This document shows, in pieces, positions 1 to 10,188 of a stretch of DNA of 64,000 nt (position 1 is its first letter; every line of letters starts with the position of its first letter). Source of the stretch: Eledone cirrhosa (taxonomy: Eukaryota); NCBI GenBank assembly GCA_964016885.1, contig OZ024743.1, positions 69,006,001 to 69,070,000 on the forward strand, given 5' to 3'. The notes below the pieces were generated by a model. It was not told where the DNA came from, did no database searches, and saw nothing but the letters and a program-made list of their open reading frames with translations. The translations under genes were made by a program, and so were the position numbers.

Positions 1-25
1 CCGTACATATATATATGTGTGCATG

Positions 26-56
<31 letters not shown>

Positions 57-111
57 AAATATATGATGAAACACAGATACCAACACATCTGTATTTATAT
101 TGCAAATAATA

Positions 112-149
<38 letters not shown>

Positions 150-556
150 AATACTACTGTACGTCTGTATTAGGCTGCTCAGCCGTTAATATGCATAAGG
201 AAAGTATATACTTTCAGACGTTCAACCATCTGGCAGGAAGGTATACGTTGCTGATGATGACTAATAACCTGGAAACTAGTACAGCGTTCCTTTGTCATTG
301 TTGAAAAAATGAGCAACGATGGTTGCTAGACACTCTACGGCTTAATTCGGGATGTTTGTTTACAAACACGCCGAGCATTATAATAAATGTTCGGTGAATC
401 TATACGTACATATATATATGTGTGCATGTATGTATATATATATATATATATATATATACTACTCAACGTCTGTATACATGTATGTATGTACGTATACATA
501 CTTATATTTAAGTAACAGCCGTACTAAGAGTGATAAATGAAATTTTGTTTCATTTT
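150..556 (+). mobile_element. PLE pLTR fragment (family A) carrying a hammerhead ribozyme
   Basis: Same sequence recurs at 50047-50630 and partly at 36724-36950; flanked by (TA)n; contains HHR at 245-287. Confidence 0.7.
245..287 (+). ncRNA. Type I minimal hammerhead ribozyme
   Basis: ACGTTG-CTGATGA-(weak stem II)-GAAAC-TA-GTA-CAGCGT; stem I pairs, palindromic stem III ACTAGT. Confidence 0.7.
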
Positions 557-1012
557 TTACATATATATATATATATGTACAAATACACGCATATATATAT
601 ATATATATGTATCTATTCAATTTTATAGGGACCAGCGCTTAAATTCTTCTGGCTTTTTTATGTGCTTAAAACTATTTCTTTTTTCTATTTTCAATTCTTT
701 CCTTTTAAAAAAAAAATGTTTTCAATCTTTTACCTTTTTATTCACTTTTTATCTTTTTATATTATCTTCCTTTTACTTTTTTTATTATGTTTTAATCATT
801 GTTTGTATTTCATGATTTTGTGTGCCATCAATTGTATCTGCATCTTGTGAGATCTGCTTTTGCCATAGCATTTAGCTGTGGTGCTTAACAACTCTAGCAT
901 GTACTCTCTCCTTATTCGCCATCTCCGATCTCCCTATCTTTACCCTCTATTGTATTCCGATTGTTCGTGGGACTAAGCTTGATAGAGCTTATACTCAGCA
1001 CTGTGTTTATTA

Positions 1013-1055
1013 AGCTCTGATTCCTACCCATAGGTATGGATGAAACATTGTAAGC
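1013..1055 (+). ncRNA. Degenerate hammerhead ribozyme
   Basis: AGCT-CTGAT(GA missing)-TCCTACC cata GGTATGGA-T-GAAAC-ATT-GTA-AGC. Confidence 0.45.
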
Positions 1056-1216
1056 AAATAAAAACTATTTGAGTATCTAAGCGTTCTTTGGTTTCTGTTA
1101 CATATAACGGCTCTGTTCCCGTACATTGAGCTAATACAATACCGTCAAAATATGACACGGTGCGTGTGTGCTTATACACATGCACTCCGTGCTATACGTA
1201 CGTAAATAAATATATA

Positions 1217-1252
<36 letters not shown>

Positions 1253-1553
1253 TGTATATATCATTACCTTCTGATAAAACTCCGCATCTCTAGTGTGTCA
1301 ATGATCAATTTTCAATAATTGTGGTTGGCAAATCTTTTCGGGGATCGAAACTAAAATTTTTTCGTCCAGGCGAAAAATAATCAGTATCTCAACCCTTTCT
1401 TTGTTAAACTGTTGGAATTCTTAAATTTCTTTGATCGTTATTGACCTGTTCGTTCTACATTGGTACTGCTGTCGTATGAACAAAATCGATAATTCACATT
1501 CGCATTTGTGCCTATGTTAACAAATAAATCTAAATTCCCCACTATATATAGAT

Positions 1554-1621
<68 letters not shown>

Positions 1622-1656
1622 TACGGAATAATCAAAACAATGTTCAAAACATTTTA

Positions 1657-1706
1657 TTGCTGACAATCGTTTCTTCCAAACTTTCGTTTGGGTTTCATCG
1701 GAGCAC
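1657..1706 (-). ncRNA. Hammerhead ribozyme of PLE1 pLTR (core variant CCGATGA)
   Basis: rc: TGCT-CCGATGA-..CCAAAC gaaa GTTTGG..-GAAAC-GATT-GTC-AGCA. Confidence 0.65.
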
Positions 1707-2534
1707 TAGCAGAGTTTAGAATATAATTAAGTTCCTATACTACAGAACAATCATAAAGATACATAGATATTAATATTGTCATCAACAGTTTCATATTTAC
1801 AGAGTGGAGATGTTGAGATCAGTGTCAGTCGATGCGACAAAGATTACAAAAGAATAATATAACAATTAAAGAGGCATTAAGGCAGAAAGTTACTCACAAA
1901 ACGAGGATATTAGCAGTACATATGCAAGCGTATAGAGAGTGAAAATGTGTTAGGCATGTACAGAATAGCTAGGTAGGAAACAAGCAATGGTACTAGGCAT
2001 ATCTATTACAGTATTGCAAAGGTTTCACATAATATAATTCAGGTTTACAAGCATATTAAGCAGACAAAGATGTTTGTGTATTAAAAATAGTGTCTCTGAA
2101 GTTTATGGTGGATGTAGCGTGATAATTGTTCCTGTAATGTTTAAATGTGCATGTGTTGTGAGTATTAATATTAATGTTTTCTTTTCCATTACATTGGTTA
2201 TATTTTAGTGAATGTTTATATGTAGTTACAACTATGGATTGTATATTGGTCCTATTACACCCTTATCCAGGGTTCGAGTTGTTCTAGACTGATCAGTCTA
2301 ACGGTGTAATTTCCGGAAGTGAATTAGAGATCTATATTAAGGGGAGGTAATTAGAGATTAATTTGTATATAATAGAAAAAAATGTATAGTTGTTTACAGC
2401 TCCAATTAGTTAAATTCCTTGTGCTAATATACAATATATTATGTTATAAGTGAATCCATTTTATATAATGCTATTTATTTATATATTTAATTTTAAATAC
2501 AATCTATTTTCCTATAATACATTAAAGGTCTCTT

Positions 2535-2680
2535 TGCAGCAAAGAGTTACGGCCCTTTATGGTCTGTGTTCAAATCCCGCCGAGGTTAACTTTGCCTTTC
2601 ATCCTTACGGGGTCGATAAAATAAAGTACCAGTAATGCACTGGGTTATTGCTGGTCTTGTGCCAAAAGTAGAAACAATTA
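2535..2680 (+). mobile_element. tRNA-derived cephalopod-type SINE (5'-truncated) inserted in PLE1
   Basis: B-box GTTCAAATCC, core GCCTTTCATCCTTACGGGGTCGATAAAATAAAGTACCAGT, tail GTAGAAACAATTA; many copies in window. Confidence 0.85.
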
Positions 2681-4031
2681 TATTACTATCTACCCATTAC
2701 TGAATAAAATATAAGTAAGCTATAGTAGTTATATTAAATGGTGGTAACTTTATGATTATTCTTAATAGTTATTGTAGAGTATAAGATTTGAGATAAATAT
2801 GATGTAAGTAGAGGAATGAGCTGATCATAGAGTGTGATGCTGTGGGGGTAATTATATGCTGATAAAACCTATCGGTGAAGTGTTAATAGTGGTAAGGAAT
2901 CCAGATCTGACATTGTTATATACTAGCATCTAGGTTTAAAGTTGTGGAAAATTATGGCACATGCAAAATTTGCTGATTTTCTATTTAAGCGGTTTAGTTT
3001 AGAATTGATTATAGTGCGGGTCTCTAAAAAACAGAGGTTACATAATTTATTCGGTGGTTTATACGATGCGGCCTTGTCTATTACTTTTCATTGAAGTGTG
3101 TATGGTCTATTTTTAGTTTCCAGATAGTGTATGTAGTTAGATAAAGAAGTGGAGTTGGGTAGATTGCGATTTTTGAAAGTGTGGATTGCGAGTTATCTCT
3201 CGTCTTGAAGCAATTCGAAGTAGAACCAATATATGTTTTAGAAAAGTTGTTTGTATTGACTGTGCATGAGTAAATGATGTCTTTGATTAAGCAATGTTTA
3301 CCTAAGGGTCCAGTTCTATTTGTTCTACAGTTACAGTTATTCTGGTTGTTTGCTTGCCGGTTAATATGGTGTGTAGATGCATGGTTGTTATGTATAGCAT
3401 TAGGGTAATGATGATTATCATTCTAATTGTTATTAATTTCATTAGTGCTATTACTATTATTGCTACTAGAATTATCTGGCATTATGTTGCTATGTAAATT
3501 TACCGCCTGTTGTGATTTAATTAATTGGAAATAATTATTAATCTTCCTTGTATTACTACTAGCTATATGGTACGCGATATTAGGTGTGTTAGAGTAAGAG
3601 ATTTTAATGGTATTTTTATTGATAAGATTATGGTATTTGTGGCCGACTGGGAAGTTTTTTTCCAAGATTGAGAAGAAAGCCTTAGACAAGTTGGTAGAGA
3701 CGTTTAGATTAAAAGGGGGATTGAAAAATGTATTAGTTCTTCTTCTATTTTTTTTTGTATTGTTATTTGAGGTATTGTTTATATTTTTGTTTATTTTATT
3801 ATTGGGGTGTTTATTCTGGTGTGAGTTAAGGTTGATATTACCCTTCGTACTAGAGTTATACTGGCTAGTGCTTTTATTATCTTTCCTCATGGCCATATTG
3901 TGAGAAATAATGTTGTAACTAGGTGATTTTATAGGTAAACATTTAATATCATTTTTATGGCCTGATTTAGCTAAGGCCTCATTATAGGATTGGGAATTAA
4001 TGTTAAATATAGTTTCATTATTTAAATAAAG

Positions 4032-4220
4032 GGCGGTGGATTGACAGTATCAGTAGAGGGTCGGACGCCATGCTTTCCAGCATAGTTACGTCCATTTACA
4101 ATCTGAGTTCAAATCCCGCCGAGGTTGACTTTGCCTTTCATCCTTACGGGGTCGATAAAATAAAGTACCAGTAATGAACTGGATAATTGCTGGCCTTGTG
4201 TCTAAAGTAGAAACAATTAT

Positions 4221-4256
<36 letters not shown>

Positions 4257-4294
4257 AAATATAAATAAATAAATAAATAATAAATAAATAAATA

Positions 4295-4357
<63 letters not shown>
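4032..4357 (+). mobile_element. Full-length SINE with (AAAT)n(AAAG)n tail inserted in PLE1
   Basis: A-box-like GGCGGTGGATTGACAGTATCAGTAGAG, B-box, shared core, simple-repeat tail. Confidence 0.85.
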
Positions 4358-4812
4358 CATTATATGATAGAGTAGAAATTCTATTTGATATTCCTTTAGT
4401 AATTGAGTTTAATATGGATTTAGGGTGGTTAGAGTTGGAATCTACATAAGTAGTTTTTCGTTTGCTTTATGAAAAGGTGTATATATTTTAGAGTCCAGGC
4501 AAAGGGTAGCATCAAGGAAGTTAACGTTTTTAGTGTTTTTATCTAAGGTAATACGTAAGTTGAAGTTTTTGAACATTTTATGTAATTGTTCCTAGATCTT
4601 TCTATATTAAGTTTGGAAGATACGATTGTCAGCAATAAAATGTTTTGAACATAGTTTTGATTATTCTGTAATTTATATTCCAGCTCTATAAAACATCTGA
4701 TTTATTTACATTGAGCTATTTTTCTTACTGGTAATAAGGTAGTAATGAATTACTGACCTTTCCTGTTTATAATTATATATAGTGTATATATAAGTATAAA
4801 TAATATTATTAT

Positions 4813-4891
<79 letters not shown>

Positions 4892-4931
4892 AATGTATAT
4901 ATATATATATGTATATACATTTATATATATA

Positions 4932-5114
4932 TAACGAAGGAAATGTGGTAAGGAACCAGGTGGACCATAACGCACCAAAGTACTCAATACTTAGGGTAGT
5001 AGAGTGGGTAATAGGAACAAGTAAGACGCCGACGGCTGAGCTCAAGCGTTTCGACGGCTAATTCTCGAATTAGCCGTCGAAACGGCTTGAGCTCAGCCAT
5101 CGGGGTCTTACTTG

Positions 5115-5118
<4 letters not shown>
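4932..5118. repeat. Short fold-back insertion (family C) between (TA)n tracts
   Basis: Hairpin ~5016-5117 centred on GCTAATTCTCGAATTAGC; homologous to 55004-55158 and 34050-34190. Confidence 0.7.
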
Positions 5119-5152
<34 letters not shown>

Positions 5153-5205
5153 TAAAATAAAATAAAATAAATAAGTCAAATGTTTAAAATTTAGCTTCGT
5201 TTATT

Positions 5206-5260
5206 ACTGCTATATATATTTCGGTGACAGCCATCTTTGGCTGTGACCTCTTCAGGCAGT
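5206..5260 (-). ncRNA. Type I hammerhead ribozyme
   Basis: rc: ACTGC-CTGAAGA-GGTCACAGCCA aaga TGGCTGTCACC-GAAA-TATATA-TA-GCAGT. Confidence 0.85.
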
Positions 5261-6570
5261 CCGAATTAGTGTGGTATAGACAAGTACATATGTTGTTGGG
5301 GTGTATATCTTTGTCAATACCCTGATATGCCCAGTTCCTGGTTGGGTTGTTATTTCACTGAGGAACTGGAATCATATAAATTCAAACAAACGAATTTCAG
5401 TGTCAAAAAGCCTCTTCTGCTCTCATTGGTCACTTGTTAGAACATTCCTCATTCAAAAGTCTATAGAAGTTCGTTCTGAGGCAAGCCAATCTGTAGTTGT
5501 TGTTCTTGTTATTGTTCGGTACACCTGACCTCAATTCTTGTGTTGATAGTGTTGTTATTGTTGGAGTTAGCTAACAAAAAATTGATAAAGTGGTAGAAGG
5601 AATAAGAAGGTAAACAAAATAGCAAAAATATGTCAAACTTCCCATTGGTCAGTTTTGAGGGCATCCCCCAGTCCAACGTCTATAGAAATTATTTCTGGGG
5701 TGAGGCTCCCTGTAGTGTTCGTGTTTGCTATTGTTAAGTACATCTGACCTCTACCCTTATTTTGGTAGTGTTGTTGGTGCTGTGGTCAGCTTATGTCTAG
5801 CTGCTGATGAGAATTTAGAAGTATCTGTGTGTGTGTTTCTTCATCCCTCCTGTCACCACCTCCCGTGGTGGTGGTGATGAGGGGTTTGTTCCATGTATAT
5901 GAAGAAATATAAGGCAATAATATTGCCTTATATTTCTTCATATACATGGAAGAAACCCCCTCACCACCACCACCACGGGAGATGGTGATAGGAGGGATGA
6001 AGAAACACACACACAGATACTTCTAAATTCTCAGCAGCAGCTAGACATAAGCTGACCACAACACCAACAACACTACCAAAATAAGGGTAGAGGTCAGATG
6101 TACTTAACAATAGCAAACACAAACACTAGAGAGAGCTTCACCCCAGAAAGAATTTCTATAGACGTTGGGATGCTCTCAAAACTGACCAATTTTTACATTT
6201 TTTTGTTATTTTGTTCCTTTACCATCTTATTCCTTCTACCACTTTATCAATTTTTTTGAGCTAACTCCAACAATAACAACACTACCAACACAAGAATTGA
6301 GGTCACATGTACCTAACAATAACAAGAACAACAACTACAGATTGGCTTGCCTCAGAACGAATTTCTATAGACTTTTGAATGAGGAATGTTCTAACAACTG
6401 ACCAATGAGAGGAGAAGAGGGCCTTTGACACTGAAATTCGTTTGTTTGAATTCATATGATTCTAGTTCCTCAGTGAAATAACAACCCAACGAGGAACTGG
6501 GCATATCAGAGTATTGACAAAGATATGCACCTCAACTACATATGTACTTGTCCATACCACACTAATTCGG

Positions 6571-6625
6571 ACTGTCTGAAGAGGTTACAGCCAAAGATGG
6601 CTGTCACCGAAATGTATATAGCAGT
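6571..6625 (+). ncRNA. Type I hammerhead ribozyme
   Basis: ACTGT-CTGAAGA-GGTTACAGCCA aaga TGGCTGTCACC-GAAA-TGTATA-TA-GCAGT. Confidence 0.85.
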
Positions 6626-6768
6626 AATAAACGAAGCTAAATTTTAAACATTTGACTTATTTATTTTATTTTAATTTACATTACTCCGGAGTAACCAAAC
6701 CAACCTGCGCACTTCGTCGAGTGCTCCAATCTGCATAATGAGTTGCTGGTATACAACGAACATATACT

Positions 6769-6826
<58 letters not shown>

Positions 6827-7654
6827 ATATATGTAGGCGAGTGGAATAGTGGAAAGCTTGTTGGAGTTGCGATCATAATGTTGTGAAAAAAATACATAAG
6901 GATTCAGGCGCCATTTTGAGATAAAGATGAAAATAAAACTAGGCAAATAGATAGTTGTATTTGTTGTCCGATGCTAGTTAACTGCTGCATGACCACTACA
7001 CATCTTGTTAACAGTGTGAGAGATTTATAGAAAGTAAAATGTCAAATTACTATTTCCTTGCTATAGTTTGTGCAATGTGGTTGTTAAGTGAACTTTATAA
7101 ATGGTTTATCAATAAGGTAATTATTCAATTTCATTGAGCACTCCGCTAAAATCGTCCTGAAGTATCCAGTGAAATGTACTTGTTTTTGGTAATTGCTAGA
7201 ATGCAGAATGTTTTGGAGATTTCTCGACTTGACGCCAGTCGCATTACCTTTCGAATACATATTAAATTACATACATGAATGCATACATATATGTATGTGT
7301 AAGTGCGTGTAGGTGAGTGTGTGCATGTATGTGTGTATGTATGGCTGTGGACAAAATGTTACTAATTGAAGATTAGTAAGACGGTTATTCAATTTAGTAC
7401 TCCACACTTTAAAGAAAGTTGAGTGTTGATATTTAATACATGCAAAGCAAGCGTTCAAGATGAAACTGTTCCATTGAAATTAAATTCCATTCACTCATCA
7501 AAATTAATTTACATTCAACCAACGAATCTCTCTATGGTTGACAGTCGGATTTGCGTGTATTCAATAATCCATACACACACACACATATATATATATATGA
7601 ATATATATATATATATATATATACATACATATACACACACATACACACACACAC

Positions 7655-7749
<95 letters not shown>

Positions 7750-8081
7750 ATTGCGAGTTTCTTAATTGGTAAGTGAGGCTGTAATTGTGTCGCTCAAATC
7801 AGCAACACTTTTGGTGTAGTAATGAAAGAGCACTCGACGCCATATGCATTCTATCATTTGTTATGCTGTATCGTGTTGGTAGCAAAGGATGAAGCTGAAT
7901 ACATGAATAATACAACACGATGGCTACATTTTACAAGTTCTTTAATTATTCAATAGCAATGATACGTGTTACTGTGGTGTAATGTTTACACCCTGATTCA
8001 TTGACGTAAAGAGTTTACCTAAGAAATACGTATTTCGGTTATTGCTTAAACAAGAATTTGGGAAATCTAGCCACTGCGTTG

Positions 8082-8139
<58 letters not shown>

Positions 8140-8156
8140 TTATTTATTTATTTATT

Positions 8157-8344
8157 AAAATAACAGATTAAAGATTAAGCAAAGAATCGATCCTTTCGCT
8201 CTTAACGGTATCTTCTGAAACTCAGCACCGATTCTTTACTTAAACTTTACTCTGTTATTTTAAATATTTGCCCTACGGTTCTTATATATTTGATATGTAT
8301 TTTTCCTTATCGAGCCTTCTTTGGATTTTAGTCTTCGCATTTAT

Positions 8345-8350
<6 letters not shown>
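8157..8350. repeat. Small fold-back fragment (family E) between (TA)n tracts
   Basis: 8157-8188 inverted against 8230-8264; 8230-8350 is the reverse complement of ~10000-10125. Confidence 0.6.
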
Positions 8351-8396
<46 letters not shown>

Positions 8397-9255
8397 TTGA
8401 TCAGGATGCCACAAAATAACAGTGGATCAAAAATATAAAACATGTTTTAATAATCTGAATATATAAGGCTGGTAGTCGACAAAATGTCTCAACAAAATAA
8501 AGGAAAATGTCCGTAGTGCAAAAATGTTTACGCTGAATATTAAATGAAGAAAAGTTCTGTAATTACGTGTGAAACTCTTTATCAACATAGAATAAGGGAA
8601 TATTAATATATACGAAAAGATGTAGGAATGGAACCAAGCTGAATATTACATTCTCTCCATATATGAATATCTTCATTGTTCATCCAACGCCAAGCAGGGC
8701 TATGGCCCGTCATTCCAGATGCTCTTCCGGAACCAGGCTTTCTGTTTGTTACTTTCTTAGTAGGTTTGTTTTACAGCACCAGCTTGATAAGACTGTCGCG
8801 ACATTTGTATGTATATATAGTCATAAATATCTATTATCTGCACTTGTTTTGCATAAGTCTTGATTTGAATTCATGTTGAAACAGGTGTTATTATACATTG
8901 CACCTCCGTATCTCCATTTCATTTTCATCTCATTCTATTTACTCCTTCATGCTATTGATAAGGCTAGAAACTATGTGACAAAAGAACTTTGAAAATCAAT
9001 ATGACTATTAAATAACCATCTGGTTAATACACCAACCAACTTAGCATTTCATCCATTCCAGGTCGATAAAAAAGGTACCATTCAATTATAGGTTAGGTTC
9101 CTCCTCAATGTCTCTTTCTCATTTCTTTCTCCGTCTATGAAAGAAATGTGGTGTATTCAGGCATGGAGACGATTGTTTATATATATATATATATCCCAAT
9201 GCTCTGATACAATCAACACTATAAACACAGAGCTGGCATATCTAAAAACTGACTA

Positions 9256-9311
9256 ACTGCCTGATGAGGTGATAGCCATTCAATGGCTATCATCGAAATA
9301 TATATAGCAGT
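9256..9311 (+). ncRNA. Type I hammerhead ribozyme in a ~165-bp insertion between (TA)n tracts
   Basis: ACTGC-CTGATGA-GGTGATAGCCAT tca ATGGCTATCATC-GAAA-TATATATA-GCAGT; canonical core, all stems pair. Confidence 0.9.
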
Positions 9312-9356
9312 AAATAAAGGATTATGAGTTCATGCAATTGACTTATGTTTCGTCAC

Positions 9357-9405
<49 letters not shown>

Positions 9406-9504
9406 ATGTGTGTATGTATATTCGCGTTGTAGATCAGGTGGTAACCACATTAATGATTCCTTAAAAATAACACAGTTCTAGTCCTGTAGAAGTCATTTCT
9501 AAAA

Positions 9505-9695
9505 TAATTGTTTCTACTTTTGCCACAAGGCCAGCAATAACCCAGTACATTACTGGTACTTTATTTTATCGACGACGTAAGGATGAAAGGCAAAGTTAAC
9601 CTCGGCGGGATTTGAACTCAGAATGGCAAGGGCCGTAACTCTATGCTGGAAAGCATGGCGTCTGACCCTCTACCGATACTGCCAATCCACCGCCA
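9505..9695 (-). mobile_element. Full-length SINE
   Basis: Reverse complement of the 4032-4221 copy. Confidence 0.85.
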
Positions 9696-10188
9696 TTTCT
9701 AGAATAATAATTACCAAAGTGTCGATATGTTCTCAAACTAACACATGTTTCAATCGGAAGAGATTCTTCTCGAAGATATGAGATTATAAGATCAGTAATC
9801 TTAGAACTTTCTTCTTCAGAAGAGCTTTTATCTAAGGTTCCATTATGAGTTCATACTTCCATCATCAGAAATAGGCTCAAAATTCGTATCATTGAGATTA
9901 AACCTTGTGATTAAATATATACCCCATAATAGCAACACTGTTATTATTATTAAAGTTATGTATATATGTGTGTCTGTATATATATATATATATATATAGT
10001 AATAATAATAAATTGAAGACTAAAATCCAAAGAGGCCTTGATAAGGATAAATATATATCAAATATATAAGAACCTTAGAGCAAATATTTATTAAAATAAC
10101 AAATTGAAGCTTAAGCAAAGAATCACTGCTTTCGCCATTAACGTGATCTTTTGAAACTAAAAAAATCAATCTGTGAACGTAGAAGAAA

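Larger units (their letters stand above)
1617..4680 (-). mobile_element. 5'-truncated, decayed Penelope-like element (PLE1) with inverted pLTR piece at its 5' end
   Basis: Minus-strand remnants: RT C-terminus (NFLDATL...SNHPKSILNSI...ISNRISTLS), FFNPPFNLNVSTN...IKISYS (ORF 3423-3896), CNC linker, GIY-YIG (IIYSC...TYIGST), CNLC; 4611-4678 is the reverse complement of ~1617-1681; abuts (TA)n. Confidence 0.9.
5152..6673. repeat. ~1.5 kb palindrome (two ~750-bp inverted pLTR arms) with an HHR on each arm
   Basis: Arms reverse-complementary at roughly 95% by eye; centre AAGGCAATA-A-TATTGCCTT at ~5920. Confidence 0.95.

Noticed and set aside
5206-6625. A-to-G editing imprint between palindrome arms
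   Set aside because: Mismatches inspected are mixed transitions and transversions without directional bias
8663-8879. Short ORFs / possible Tc1 fragment (rc KPGSGRA)
   Set aside because: Too short, no TIR pair or further motifs
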